Positions 49,701-59,071 of a DNA stretch of 64,000 bases are shown piece after piece. This DNA is from a virus. Under the pieces are notes generated by a model. That model was not told the DNA's origin and searched no databases. It saw nothing but the letters and a program-made list of their open reading frames with translations. Position 1 is the first letter of the stretch; every line of letters starts with the position of its first letter. The translations under genes and the position numbers were made by a program. The DNA lies in the IMG/VR virus record IMGVR_UViG_3300042345_000884, positions 13,923-77,922 of that record; one strand, written 5' to 3'.

Positions 49701-52700
49701 TCAGGTGGTGGAATACCTCCTATTCCCCCTATTAACCGACCTGTTGCTTCATCTGATCCCGAACCCGAACCAAATAAACAGGCAAAATCGGCAAGCAAGA
49801 TAATTCAGAATATAGACAATCCTACTCAATTACAAAAAATAGGTAAGGTATTTGAAGTAATTAAAAATCAGTTAAATAACTTGCCTGAACCTATTAAACG
49901 AGTCTTGCTCGGAGCAAGAACACTATTATCAGCTTTTGCTGGTTTTCAAATTCTTCAGCAAGCCAGTATGTTTTTTCGACAATTTACCACTGATTCTTTT
50001 GAAGCAGCATTAAACATGGAGCGGCTTGAAACAGCCTTAGATTTTTCAACTGAAAATGCTGAATCTTCTCTTGCTAAATTAAAGATACAAGCTGACCGAT
50101 TAGGGCTATCATTTTTATCTTCTGCCAAAAATTATCAGCAGTTTAGTGCTTCTACAATAAATACGCCATTAGAGTTTCAAAAAGATAAAATTTTTGAAGG
50201 GATAACGTTAGGATTGGCTACTAGAGGTGCTAGTTCTCAACAGCAAGATAGAGCTTTACTAGCTATTACTCAGATAGCTAGTAAAGGTCGTGTTTCAATG
50301 GAAGAACTTAACTCTCAGTTAGGTGAAGCAATGCCAGGCGCGTTACAGATTGCTGCTCGTTCTATGGGATTGACTTCTCAAGAATTTATTAAATTAGTTG
50401 AATCAGGATCTATTTTAGCAGAAGATTTGCTACCTAAACTAGCTACACAGATTAACTTAGAAAGTGCTGGTGGACTTAGTGTTATTGATGACACAGCTTT
50501 TGCTCAAGTTGCCAGAGTTCAAAATCAGATAGAATTGCTTCGCATTTCATTAGGCGAATCTTTATTAAACGCTTCTAAATTAGGATTACCATTAATAACA
50601 AAAGGACTAGAAATATTAACGAAACATGGTCAGTCGTTAGCTACTGTATTAACATCTATTAGTATTGTTACTGTTGGCAGTTTTGTGATGGTTCTAAAAA
50701 ATCTCGGACTTATAGACTTAACACTAAAAGCATTAGGAGTTACAGCTAAAACTACTGGTGGGGCAATATCTCAGATTGGAGTAGGACTACTTAAAGGATT
50801 AGGATGGACTGCATTAATCTTTGGTGTAATGGAAGCTTTTAAAGGGCTTTATCAATACATCAACGCAGGCTCCGAAGAGTCTAAACGATCCCTTAAATCA
50901 ACTCAAGAATCGTTACAAGAATTGAGACGATTACTAGAAAAACCTTTACCTACTTCTACTGTTATAACTGATAGTGCAACCGCAATTCAGCAATTTAAAA
51001 ACAACAGAGAAAAAGATAAAAGTTTAGAGTTTACTGCGGGAGGACTAAGTGATACGACACAAATCTTAAGATTATCAACTGATACATTTAGTGATACAAG
51101 AATTACCGAATTTACGGGTAAACTTGACACATTGCGGCAAAAAGCAAAAGACCTCAAGGTAGATGAAATTATAGCCAGTGGAGATGCTGACGTTAAAAAA
51201 GCTACATCTGTTCGTCAAGAAATTGCAAAAGTAAATCAAGAAATACAAGCTTTGACGGAAAAATACTTCCCTCAAATTGGGCTTATTGTTAACGAGATAG
51301 CATCTACAGAAGAAAGAATTACAGCAATCAAAAAAGTCTTAGATGATCCAGAGTCTTCTAAGTTCCAAAAAGATAATGCTAGTATTCAGTTAGAAGTCGC
51401 TGAAGCTCAACTTAGAAAATTAAAAGAATCACAAGAAAAATACAACGAAGCAGTCAAAGAAAATTTAGTTAACTACCAACGATTAACAGAACAGATAAAT
51501 AAAGTAGCAAGAGCTTTATCTAATATTGAATTTATCTCTAACGGACGGACTATTTTATCTGAAACAAATATTAAACGACAAGTTTTATCTGGTAATCTTA
51601 AGCGATTTGAAATAGATTTGGTTATTAGAGAACAGAGCCTATCTATTGTCAAGGATCAGTTTAATTCACTTAATGAATTACTAGCAACCAAAGAAAAAGA
51701 ATTACAAAACACATTAACGGATCAGATTAATCAGCGAATAACTGAGTTAATGCCTGAATTAAACGGACTAGATTTTAGAACGGCACTACAGCAAGGAATC
51801 GTGTCACCAGAAGCTATAGGTGATCGGTTACAACAGTTGGGAGACCAAGCTCCTTTTGAATTAAAACAGGTATTAGAAGCAGCTAAACAGCAAGCATCTA
51901 TTAGACGACAAACTTTAACTATTGATAAATCAATTGTCGATACAGAACTAGAAATTGCTAACGCTAGAAGAGAGCGTGCAAGAAATGCTAGACAAGCATC
52001 AATAGTGGGAGCTAATGTTAACGAGAGAATTGCTACTCTGAGACAATTACCTTTAGGTGGTCCAGTTGCTTCTTATCGGGATGCCCTATCAGAAGTTCGC
52101 AACCAAGAGAGACTATTAGAAGAGGCTTATCATCGATTAGAAAGTGCATCGGACGACCCTAATGTAATTCAGCAAGAGGTTGATAATACCCGATTAGCCC
52201 TAGAACAAGCCCGTGCTAATTTGTTACAGCAACAAACCTCACTACAAGACTATTACCGCAACCTTGACCGTCAGATAATAGATTTTAATCGTCAGATTGA
52301 AGATTACAGAAGACAGATTGAAGACGCTCAACTGTCAGCATTTAAAGAGAATCGTTCCCTATCTGAAAGTTACAGTGATTTAGTCAGGGAACTTGACAAG
52401 AACCTCTTAAATGCTCAAAATCAGCTACTGGACGCAACCGATAGAATCAGGGTACAGCAAGTCAAAAACCGTTTATTAATACCCGGTACAAGCGATGCTG
52501 GTAAAGAGTTAGGTGACATTTTCCTAGAATTTGTACAGGGTCAGGCTGACATTGCTAGTCGCGGTCGTACCTTCCAATCCCGAACCGAGGAGATAGAAAC
52601 TTCCTATATCTCTACCTTAAGAAATATCCGTAACTTACAGGAGCAACAGCAAGATGCTGAAAGAAACCGACTAAGAACGATTGAAGATATTAAACGAACT

Positions 52701-55700
52701 CAAGAAAACCTTAATCGCACTTTAGCTGATTTAATCCGACAAACCAATAAAGAATTAGGCTTTATTCCCCAATCAATCAAGGATATTGTCACAAATCTCA
52801 ATACACTCCCAGAACCGATTAAATTAATTAATTCTGAGTTAGTAGCTATTCCCCCAAATATCAAGACTTCTGGGGAAGACTTAGTAAAAAGTATAGAGGA
52901 AACTGCTGAGGCAATCAGAAAAGCTAAGGAAGGTTTAATATTACCGGCTCCCAGTAATTTTATCCCTGCTCCTGTGTGGAATGGGGGGAGTTTTTTACCT
53001 CCGCCACCGTCACAGTTGCCGTCAAATCCTAATAGATTAACACGCCGAGGTCAAGAATTATCTCAGCATTTAGACAATCCTCGCGTCAAAGCTTTTCTTG
53101 ATACTATTGCTTATGCAGAAGGTACTGCCAATATGCCAAATAAGGGATATAACACCCTTTTTGGTCATGGACAATTTAGTTCTTTAGCAACTCACCCAAA
53201 TATTCACGTTCCTTTTGGTAACACTACTTCCACTGCAGCTGGAAGATACCAAGCACTGAATTTTGTATGGGATGAAGAAAAAGTAAAATTAGGGCTAAAA
53301 GACTTCTCTCCTATCTCTCAGGACTTACTAGCATTAAGCCGTATTTCAATGCGAGGTGGGTTAGATGAGCTTCTTGAAGGAGATATTCGTGGAGTAATTA
53401 ACGCAGTCAGCAAAGAATGGGCATCTTTCCCAGGGGCTAATTACCCAGGACAAGGTATGAAACGGATGGAAGACTTGTTAAATTTTTATCAACAGTCTTT
53501 ACGAAAATATCAACCAAATGCCACCCGTACTACAGCCGAACTAGAAGCACTGCAATACAATGACAGTCCTGCTAACACTGGAGCAGTAAACCGCGTTCGA
53601 CAAATCAGGAGAAATCAAGGTGGTCAGGGTGCTAATGTCCCCTCTCAAAGTCCAGTTGTTCCTAGTGCATCATTACAATTACCACAAAATCTACAAAAAG
53701 GATCAAATATCCTAGTAAGAAAGTCTGGACGGAGAACACCAGAAGGATTAGAGATACTCCAATTTGATTTAATCAAAAACGGAAAAGTAGTAGATACAGT
53801 AATCGGAGGAGTAACAGGAAGACCATCAACGCAGTCTGCAATTGGAACTAATAGAACCAATATTCGTGGCAGTGAAACTCCACTGCCTGACGGTAATTGG
53901 TCTATTGACGCTAACCACGCATCTCGTTATCTTCGACAATTTAATTCTGGACAGCTTACAAGTTATAAACCTAGCCAAATTCCACTAGGAACTGTTGGCC
54001 CTGCGTGGATAGGAGCCGAACCAAAATTCTCTACTGGAAGATCGCAAATCGGATTCCATTTAGACGATTTACAGCTTGGCAGTGCTGGATGCCTTGTTTT
54101 CACCGATCCCAATCAAATCGCAAAAATCGCTAACTGGGTAGTTCAATCAGGAGCTAATTCAATGTTTGTCGATCTTGACGGCAAACAAACAAGTCGCGGC
54201 GGTCAAGGCGGTCAAGGTGGCCCAGAATTTAGTAGTTCTCCATCTATAACTCAAGAGTTACCATCTCCCCCGTCTATAGCCCAATTACCGACTTTACCCA
54301 ATCAAAACCAAGATAATTTCTGGGATGCTGATTTACCGCCGGTTCCTAAAGATAATCTGATTAACTTCCAGAATCCTAATTTACCTCCCGTTCCTAACCT
54401 CCCTACGGCTAATCTTGGCGATGCGGCTGGTCAAATTCGCGCAGCTGAAACAGCCGAACAAAACAGTCAAGAGTTTTTAAGACGATTAGAAGAGCAACAA
54501 AATCTAAATAATGCTCTTGATAGATTAATAAAATTTAGACAGCAACAAGAGGAAGATACTCGTACATTAGAACGTACCTTAAGAGATGCTTCTGAAAATG
54601 TCGCTGACTTGACTATTAACTCTAAAGGGTATCTGACAGTACAAGAGGAAATTAATAAAAGTGCTACAGAAGTCTCTCGACAATATCGCTCTCAAATTGA
54701 ATCACTAGAAGACCAGCGACGGACCTTGCTTTTAAATGCCGACGCTATGAAAAAACGAAGCGAGGTAATGAAAGATGAGTTGCGAAAAGAATTAGAAATA
54801 AATCCTAATACTCCCATATCAGTTGTGGAAGAAACGACAAAAGCTATCGAGATTTTAGCTAAAAACGCTGAATTAGCCAAAGAACGGGTAGGAATTCTCG
54901 ATCAAGCGATTGAACAATTAGGCAAAAATCAGGGAGTAGCTACCTTAGAAGCATCATTTAGAAGAACCAGAGATACAGTCAGAAGTATTCGCGACCGGTT
55001 AAATGATTTAACTATTCAGAGAATGAAATTAGAAAATCAATCCCGACCGACTCTATTTGATGATTCTGCTATCCTCACTGAACGTATTAGCCTACAAAAA
55101 GACAAAGAAGAACTAGAGGATTTCTTAGAGCCTTATAAAGACTTACCACAATACGCTGAATATGTAGCTAATATCCGATCAGAATGGGAAAAACTTGCAG
55201 AATTAAGATTAGAACGAGTAGCATTAGACGCTTCTCCGAATCGTGGCGCAGCTGAAAGCTTCTTTTCTGACATTAGAGAAGGAAAGGGAATAGAATCGGC
55301 TTTTGGTAGTCTTGGATTAAATGTCGTGACTAAATTTGTTGAGGGTATTACCAAGCCTGCTATTGATGCTCTAACATTAGCTATTGACGGATTTACCAAG
55401 CCAATAACTCAAGCTTTTGAGTCAGTATTTAATGCAATTATCGGGCCAGTAGGTAACTTCTTTACTAATGCCCTCAGTAGCATATTTAAGCCAGTGAGTA
55501 ACATCTTCTCTTCTATCTTTGGAGGCAGTAGCGGTGGTGGATTATTTAATGGGTTACTTAGTGGAATAACAGGGATTTTTAGCGGAGGACTTGGAGGACT
55601 CGGTTCAATTGGTTCGCTTGGTAGTATAGGAGCCTCTAGCTTTGCTTCTGCTCCAGCTTCTGCATTTTCTCTGGGTACAGGATTCAGCTTATTTAGTGAT

Positions 55701-56087
55701 GGTGGTAAAGTCGGCAAACCTAATGCTCCGATAGAGAAAAATGTCATTTCAGCTTTCCAGCGTGAACGAGCTATGAGTGGCGGTCGAAAACCTCGATTAA
55801 TCGTAGCCAATGAAGATGAGTTAGTATTAAATCCTAAAGAGACAGAAGCTTATCTAGAATATAGAAACAACGCTCCCATTAAAAATTACGCTAACGGGGG
55901 ATTTGTCGGAGGTAAACCTAACTATTCCACGACTTCAAATAACAATAACTCTAATCAGTCTTTAGTAATTAACAACACCAATAACGTTACTGTAGAATCA
56001 AGAAATGACATAGGTTATAGTTTAACTCAATTGAAAGAACGGGAAAATGCACAAAATGAACGAACCAAAAAACGATTCTTTGGGTAA
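46776..56087 (+). CDS. Tape measure protein with embedded muramidase and YkuD/Tlde1-like domains
   Basis: QIASKGRVSMEELNSQLGEAMPGA; AFLDTIAYAEG..TAAGRYQ..WASFPG; IGFH...GSAGC. Confidence 0.9.
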   Translation: MSLSLGTLEIGLGLNTAQYDSGIKSAKDQLSSLEDYAQKITRDMEWSLKQSIPKLTIVPSVDHRPLHGLNKHLSEKGKHIDQVSKKVIKIKVDDSELQEIANKTVIVQAKVQSKSSSQKYSNEIKQTVEVSIKNANLELLTEIKAVTKEIREVVKAVSRLKPTAIGTISNSLIQGIGFNLTKSFSQGFEQSFTRKTGFNFESAGQKTGDITASSVQFVQPVLNKLVDTLQIKIDKITGRDKPIGERILTASETFQKIQTKIGVSNNNPYAQKSIDSSIASFQNMLSVLGSGEFSEFPEASQKAITSLTELLNLISSENNLGELTKDLADLLKITIAFSGKDFLQIIKQSHSLLKTQKALEGSSAEFIGALKQAVSEQKIIEQGFRLIARENHKSFFVNDEGKYIGTDNVGGRVIGFTATPKQSIPGVGQDIYEIAFSLDSRFSSLGDAAQLTKKEVIQLKNSVSEFFNKFVSNTNEAILTASPENVDQKGKRRGSIYQRFGFVPEGEDNRLVAQISSRKIVEPNLKFNLKQNEQVAQISKQIEQRLTTTLGTFDNLFQHSISQSIQYAKSIIIGSELIQQDLEQLQKEAQNAEYDDSPAIQAQNRINQNLKNLQARVNQSKRLQNDPILRDFSKIDITNINTLVPKEQLAKIALKITKITENVPKEIVEKLLERIAQFQPKEIIDPTLLGSIISSLTKDIQTQLTGVTPQLKMFGSGVNSNYLNLLPEKKRASFLKKQTEYEQALIKYEQTDNPEAKIPTPPQLSKIDKQTIAKNLRIEDIQREVSYVIQNANTLRKASQDAIDRVNNLLAKVPKNERFGHPLASLKGNLTQLKESAENVNPIYDLKKLGVNKEILDAINVKSQVIPEMADAGSSIVSGLMQGLNSKLAELETVSIDIASIPLEITKQINKIQSPSKEFEKIGKNIVEGEIKGIKSKEKDLQATMAIIAKNMIENLYLATKNPVNIDPFFPHPQSSGGGIPPIPPINRPVASSDPEPEPNKQAKSASKIIQNIDNPTQLQKIGKVFEVIKNQLNNLPEPIKRVLLGARTLLSAFAGFQILQQASMFFRQFTTDSFEAALNMERLETALDFSTENAESSLAKLKIQADRLGLSFLSSAKNYQQFSASTINTPLEFQKDKIFEGITLGLATRGASSQQQDRALLAITQIASKGRVSMEELNSQLGEAMPGALQIAARSMGLTSQEFIKLVESGSILAEDLLPKLATQINLESAGGLSVIDDTAFAQVARVQNQIELLRISLGESLLNASKLGLPLITKGLEILTKHGQSLATVLTSISIVTVGSFVMVLKNLGLIDLTLKALGVTAKTTGGAISQIGVGLLKGLGWTALIFGVMEAFKGLYQYINAGSEESKRSLKSTQESLQELRRLLEKPLPTSTVITDSATAIQQFKNNREKDKSLEFTAGGLSDTTQILRLSTDTFSDTRITEFTGKLDTLRQKAKDLKVDEIIASGDADVKKATSVRQEIAKVNQEIQALTEKYFPQIGLIVNEIASTEERITAIKKVLDDPESSKFQKDNASIQLEVAEAQLRKLKESQEKYNEAVKENLVNYQRLTEQINKVARALSNIEFISNGRTILSETNIKRQVLSGNLKRFEIDLVIREQSLSIVKDQFNSLNELLATKEKELQNTLTDQINQRITELMPELNGLDFRTALQQGIVSPEAIGDRLQQLGDQAPFELKQVLEAAKQQASIRRQTLTIDKSIVDTELEIANARRERARNARQASIVGANVNERIATLRQLPLGGPVASYRDALSEVRNQERLLEEAYHRLESASDDPNVIQQEVDNTRLALEQARANLLQQQTSLQDYYRNLDRQIIDFNRQIEDYRRQIEDAQLSAFKENRSLSESYSDLVRELDKNLLNAQNQLLDATDRIRVQQVKNRLLIPGTSDAGKELGDIFLEFVQGQADIASRGRTFQSRTEEIETSYISTLRNIRNLQEQQQDAERNRLRTIEDIKRTQENLNRTLADLIRQTNKELGFIPQSIKDIVTNLNTLPEPIKLINSELVAIPPNIKTSGEDLVKSIEETAEAIRKAKEGLILPAPSNFIPAPVWNGGSFLPPPPSQLPSNPNRLTRRGQELSQHLDNPRVKAFLDTIAYAEGTANMPNKGYNTLFGHGQFSSLATHPNIHVPFGNTTSTAAGRYQALNFVWDEEKVKLGLKDFSPISQDLLALSRISMRGGLDELLEGDIRGVINAVSKEWASFPGANYPGQGMKRMEDLLNFYQQSLRKYQPNATRTTAELEALQYNDSPANTGAVNRVRQIRRNQGGQGANVPSQSPVVPSASLQLPQNLQKGSNILVRKSGRRTPEGLEILQFDLIKNGKVVDTVIGGVTGRPSTQSAIGTNRTNIRGSETPLPDGNWSIDANHASRYLRQFNSGQLTSYKPSQIPLGTVGPAWIGAEPKFSTGRSQIGFHLDDLQLGSAGCLVFTDPNQIAKIANWVVQSGANSMFVDLDGKQTSRGGQGGQGGPEFSSSPSITQELPSPPSIAQLPTLPNQNQDNFWDADLPPVPKDNLINFQNPNLPPVPNLPTANLGDAAGQIRAAETAEQNSQEFLRRLEEQQNLNNALDRLIKFRQQQEEDTRTLERTLRDASENVADLTINSKGYLTVQEEINKSATEVSRQYRSQIESLEDQRRTLLLNADAMKKRSEVMKDELRKELEINPNTPISVVEETTKAIEILAKNAELAKERVGILDQAIEQLGKNQGVATLEASFRRTRDTVRSIRDRLNDLTIQRMKLENQSRPTLFDDSAILTERISLQKDKEELEDFLEPYKDLPQYAEYVANIRSEWEKLAELRLERVALDASPNRGAAESFFSDIREGKGIESAFGSLGLNVVTKFVEGITKPAIDALTLAIDGFTKPITQAFESVFNAIIGPVGNFFTNALSSIFKPVSNIFSSIFGGSSGGGLFNGLLSGITGIFSGGLGGLGSIGSLGSIGASSFASAPASAFSLGTGFSLFSDGGKVGKPNAPIEKNVISAFQRERAMSGGRKPRLIVANEDELVLNPKETEAYLEYRNNAPIKNYANGGFVGGKPNYSTTSNNNNSNQSLVINNTNNVTVESRNDIGYSLTQLKERENAQNERTKKRFFG

Positions 56088-56490
56088 TCGGATTGTTACC
56101 GAGGCTCTTGAGTGGCTCGGTACTCCCTGGTTTCACGGTCAATCCCTCAAAGGTATTGGAACCGATTGCGTAGGATTTATCGCCGGTGTGGGGATTAAAG
56201 TCGGATTCTTGCCCCATGGTTTTATCCTTGAGAACTATGAACGGATTCCTCGGAAAGGCTCATTAGTCAAATTCCTTGATCGTCTATTAGATAGAGTTGA
56301 AGGTGATTTATGCAAAGGGGATGTCTTAATGTTTCACAAATCAGGAGTAGATGGTCATGTAGGCATCTATTTGGGAGATTGGGAGTATATTCACGCTGAC
56401 TCAATAAATGGCGTGATCAAGACCTATATTCATGAATACCCGCCTGTACTGGTTTATCGAGTACCTGTTTCGGGAGTGGTAAAATCATAG
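56056..56490 (+). CDS. NlpC/P60 tail-associated peptidase
   Basis: WLGTPW.H......G.DC.GF, GDVL.F, HVGIY...IHA. Confidence 0.9.
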   Translation: MNEPKNDSLGNRIVTEALEWLGTPWFHGQSLKGIGTDCVGFIAGVGIKVGFLPHGFILENYERIPRKGSLVKFLDRLLDRVEGDLCKGDVLMFHKSGVDGHVGIYLGDWEYIHADSINGVIKTYIHEYPPVLVYRVPVSGVVKS

Positions 56491-56508
56491 AAAATTACCA
56501 TAACTTCG

Positions 56509-56802
56509 ATGAGAAAGATTATTTTAAGCTTATTGTTTTTAGGAATGATGCCTACCGTGGCACTGTCTCTTGATAACCAGACTCAAGAGATACTTGAGAA
56601 AAGAACTTGTCAGTATTTCAAGTCTGGACTGACACTAGGAGAAACCACAGTGGCGATCAGATATGCTGTGAATCAAAACGGAAGGCCAAGGTCGGAATAT
56701 GAAGGTGTCAATATACTCATAGACGAATTTAACAGGCTTATGACAGAGAAAATCCTTGCCAACGCTAAAAACAGATGTCCAGAGTTTTTTCCTCGTAACT
56801 AA
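56509..56802 (+). CDS. Small secreted protein
   Basis: Signal peptide, two Cys, C-terminal CPEF. Confidence 0.6.
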   Translation: MRKIILSLLFLGMMPTVALSLDNQTQEILEKRTCQYFKSGLTLGETTVAIRYAVNQNGRPRSEYEGVNILIDEFNRLMTEKILANAKNRCPEFFPRN

Positions 56803-56819
56803 GAGGCGATACCGTGGGT

Positions 56820-57080
56820 AGATTGTAACCAGATTGTTAATAACCCTATCTACAATCGAAACCTTTAGCCTATAAAGGTTCTAGACTTTGTAGATGCCGT
56901 TGATGCTCTATACAGGGAAAAAAGAAAATAGGGTAAAGGGGGAAGACAGTCTCAACAGTAAGACATAAAAAAATAATATCAGGGGATAGTGTCAACAGTA
57001 TCAACAAAGTCTAGAAGCTATATATATCAAGGATTCCATTGTAGATACCTTTATCTACAATCTATTTACAATAATAACAG
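56820..57080. repeat. Complete inverted-arm element (about 250 bp)
   Basis: Left arm nearly identical to 24696-24755; right arm matches 25285-25345; purine-rich spacer. Confidence 0.85.
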
Positions 57081-57183
57081 CGACTGCCAGTACAGGACAC
57101 TAAAAAAGAGAGGGGATTATCTTAATCTCCTCTCCCTGGCTATTTCTCTCTACTCACTAGAATCGTCAAGCAACTATTCAAAA

Positions 57184-57229
57184 TGGTACAATTATAGTAA
57201 TGCCCCCGTTAGTAGCGGGGGACTAACCA
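57184..57229 (+). promoter_or_regulatory. Extended -10 plus conserved 5' hairpin (copy 3)
   Basis: TGGTACAAT-N7-ATGCCCCCG..CGGGGGACTAACCA. Confidence 0.75.
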
Positions 57230-57252
57230 CATTACCTGAATAAGAGGCCAAT

Positions 57253-57981
57253 ATGGCTATTGAAATAGTATCACAGAATGATTGTCTTGTCGTTGATTCT
57301 CGTTTGATTGCCTTAGAATTGGGGATTGAACACCGCGCTTTAATGCAAACAGTCAAGAAATATTTAACAGAAATTCAAGAATTTGGAACTCTCGCATTTG
57401 AAATGCGAGAGTTCAAAACGGCTCAGGGTAACACTTCCAAAGAGACTTACTGTTACCTAAATGAAGAGCAGGCAACTTTTTTAATGACGCTTTCTCGAAA
57501 TACTTCGCAGGTCATTGCTTGTAAGCGCAACTTAGTTAAGGCATTTACTCAAGCAAAACAAATTATCAAAGAAGTAATCCCCGCCCAAAGTGGACGTATT
57601 CGGGAATTAGAACTTGAGCTAGAACTGACAAAAGCCAAAACCTATTATATGGATCGGCGTGACGCAATTCGACTGATTCATGGCGCTGAGGTTTTAGCTT
57701 TGCTAGATGGCCGTCCAGATATTGTGATCGAGAAGATTGAAAAAGTCACTGAGACAATTATCTGTAAAAACGGACGGAATGTCAGTTTTGAGGGTCGCTC
57801 TACTGCCGAATTAGGAAAAGAGTTAGGATTCAAGTCTGGAAAAGAGTTAGAACGTTGGCTAGAGAAAACCGGTCATTCTCATCTAGTGTGTCAAGGGTTG
57901 CGAATCAATCAAGCGTCTTATATCCCCACCGAAAATCTTAAGGAAGTTAAGCAGCTTTTTTCTAAAGTCAGAAACCGTTAG
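57253..57981 (+). CDS. Rha-family phage regulatory protein
   Basis: VVDSRLIA..LGIEH...LNEEQATFLMT...K..LVKAF. Confidence 0.88.
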   Translation: MAIEIVSQNDCLVVDSRLIALELGIEHRALMQTVKKYLTEIQEFGTLAFEMREFKTAQGNTSKETYCYLNEEQATFLMTLSRNTSQVIACKRNLVKAFTQAKQIIKEVIPAQSGRIRELELELELTKAKTYYMDRRDAIRLIHGAEVLALLDGRPDIVIEKIEKVTETIICKNGRNVSFEGRSTAELGKELGFKSGKELERWLEKTGHSHLVCQGLRINQASYIPTENLKEVKQLFSKVRNR

Positions 57982-58003
57982 TTATTAATCGGAGAATAAA
58001 GTT

Positions 58004-58033
58004 AAAAGTGCCAGTTTATAAACTGGCACTTTT
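58004..58033 (+). terminator. Palindrome/terminator AAAAGTGCCAGTTTATAAACTGGCACTTTT
   Basis: Perfect inverted repeat after the rha-like gene. Confidence 0.75.
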
Positions 58034-58193
58034 AATATCGACTATTCCGATGACTCTCAAGTATCAGTCATCGGGTAAACTTCTAATCAATTCCCGGACG
58101 ACCTCGGTTATTGACCGTTTTTTGGAATTACAGTATTTTTTTAGTCTTTCATATTCAGGTATCGAGGTACGGACGTTAAGAGGATAATAATTT

Positions 58194-58230
58194 TTACTTG
58201 ACATTTCTAGTAAGCTTATGGTAGATTTAA
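58194..58230 (+). promoter_or_regulatory. Promoter duplicated upstream of the Cas effector
   Basis: TTACTTGACATTTCTA..AAGCTTATGGTAGATTTAA, also at 59072. Confidence 0.8.
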
Positions 58231-58271
58231 GTTAGTTAAATATAGTTTAGCACCTTTTTCTGCCTTAAGTT

Positions 58272-58754
58272 ATGCCTAATTCTCCAAAAGTACAACAAAA
58301 TTTTAATGCTCCTGTTTATGGAGTAACTGGTTCTCCAAAAGTACAACAAAATTTTAATGCTCCTGTTTATGGAGTAACTGGTTCTCCAGAAGTGCAACAA
58401 AATTTTAATGCTCCTGTTTATGGAGTAACTGGAAAAATTGCCAAAGATCAAACAGAATTAAAATTTGATTATATTGTTAGATTTATTGCATGGGTTTTTC
58501 CTGATAAAAGCGATTCAGTTTATAAAAAATTGCTTATAACCGATATTTCTATTGGGATTACCTCTGAATTAGCCGTAAAGTCTGGTAAATTTGACGAGAC
58601 TAACTACTGTTGTGTTTACATCGCACCAGAAATTTTTGAAAAATTTATTATCACTAAAACAGGATCAAATTATACGGCTCAGACCGTTGACGTGCCGAGA
58701 CTATTAGAATATTGGGAGACTATAGGGTTTTCTCTTTATATTGATAAAAGTTAG
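58272..58754 (+). CDS. Hypothetical protein with three 17-aa repeats
   Basis: SPKVQQNFNAPVYGVTG x3 (51-bp units at 58281, 58332, 58383). Confidence 0.7.
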   Translation: MPNSPKVQQNFNAPVYGVTGSPKVQQNFNAPVYGVTGSPEVQQNFNAPVYGVTGKIAKDQTELKFDYIVRFIAWVFPDKSDSVYKKLLITDISIGITSELAVKSGKFDETNYCCVYIAPEIFEKFIITKTGSNYTAQTVDVPRLLEYWETIGFSLYIDKS

Positions 58755-58777
58755 TTTTTTTATTTAGGGGACACAAA

Positions 58778-59044
58778 GTGATTACTGCAAAACAATTAAA
58801 AGAGTTTTTGGCAACCGTTGAAGACGATGCACTTATTTTTATAGGGAAAAGCGGAGGGATGTCTTATGGTTGCCAAGATTTTATGGTTAAGAAGGAATTG
58901 TTTATAGAGAAAGAAGACCAGTTTCTTGATTCCCTAATTTGGGAGCATGGCTTTGACGATGAAGAAATTGAAAAGCTTGAAAAGCAAGCTATCGAGCGAC
59001 AAGCTATCTATTTGCAATACTACCCGGACTGGGGGGATGATTAA
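58778..59044 (+). CDS. Hypothetical protein
   Basis: 88-aa ORF, GTG start. Confidence 0.55.
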   Translation: MITAKQLKEFLATVEDDALIFIGKSGGMSYGCQDFMVKKELFIEKEDQFLDSLIWEHGFDDEEIEKLEKQAIERQAIYLQYYPDWGDD

Positions 59045-59071
59045 ATGTCAAATAAAAAACCTTTAGACTTC

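Noticed and set aside
49364-55810. Antisense ORFs within the TMP gene (and similar ones in nrdA, capsid and the effector gene)
   Set aside because: Shadow ORFs of long genes with no motifs
56989-57243. 84-aa ORF
   Set aside because: Runs through the arm repeat and the promoter-hairpin; probably spurious
58281-58433. CRISPR-like repeat
   Set aside because: Contiguous in-frame 51-bp coding repeats with no spacers
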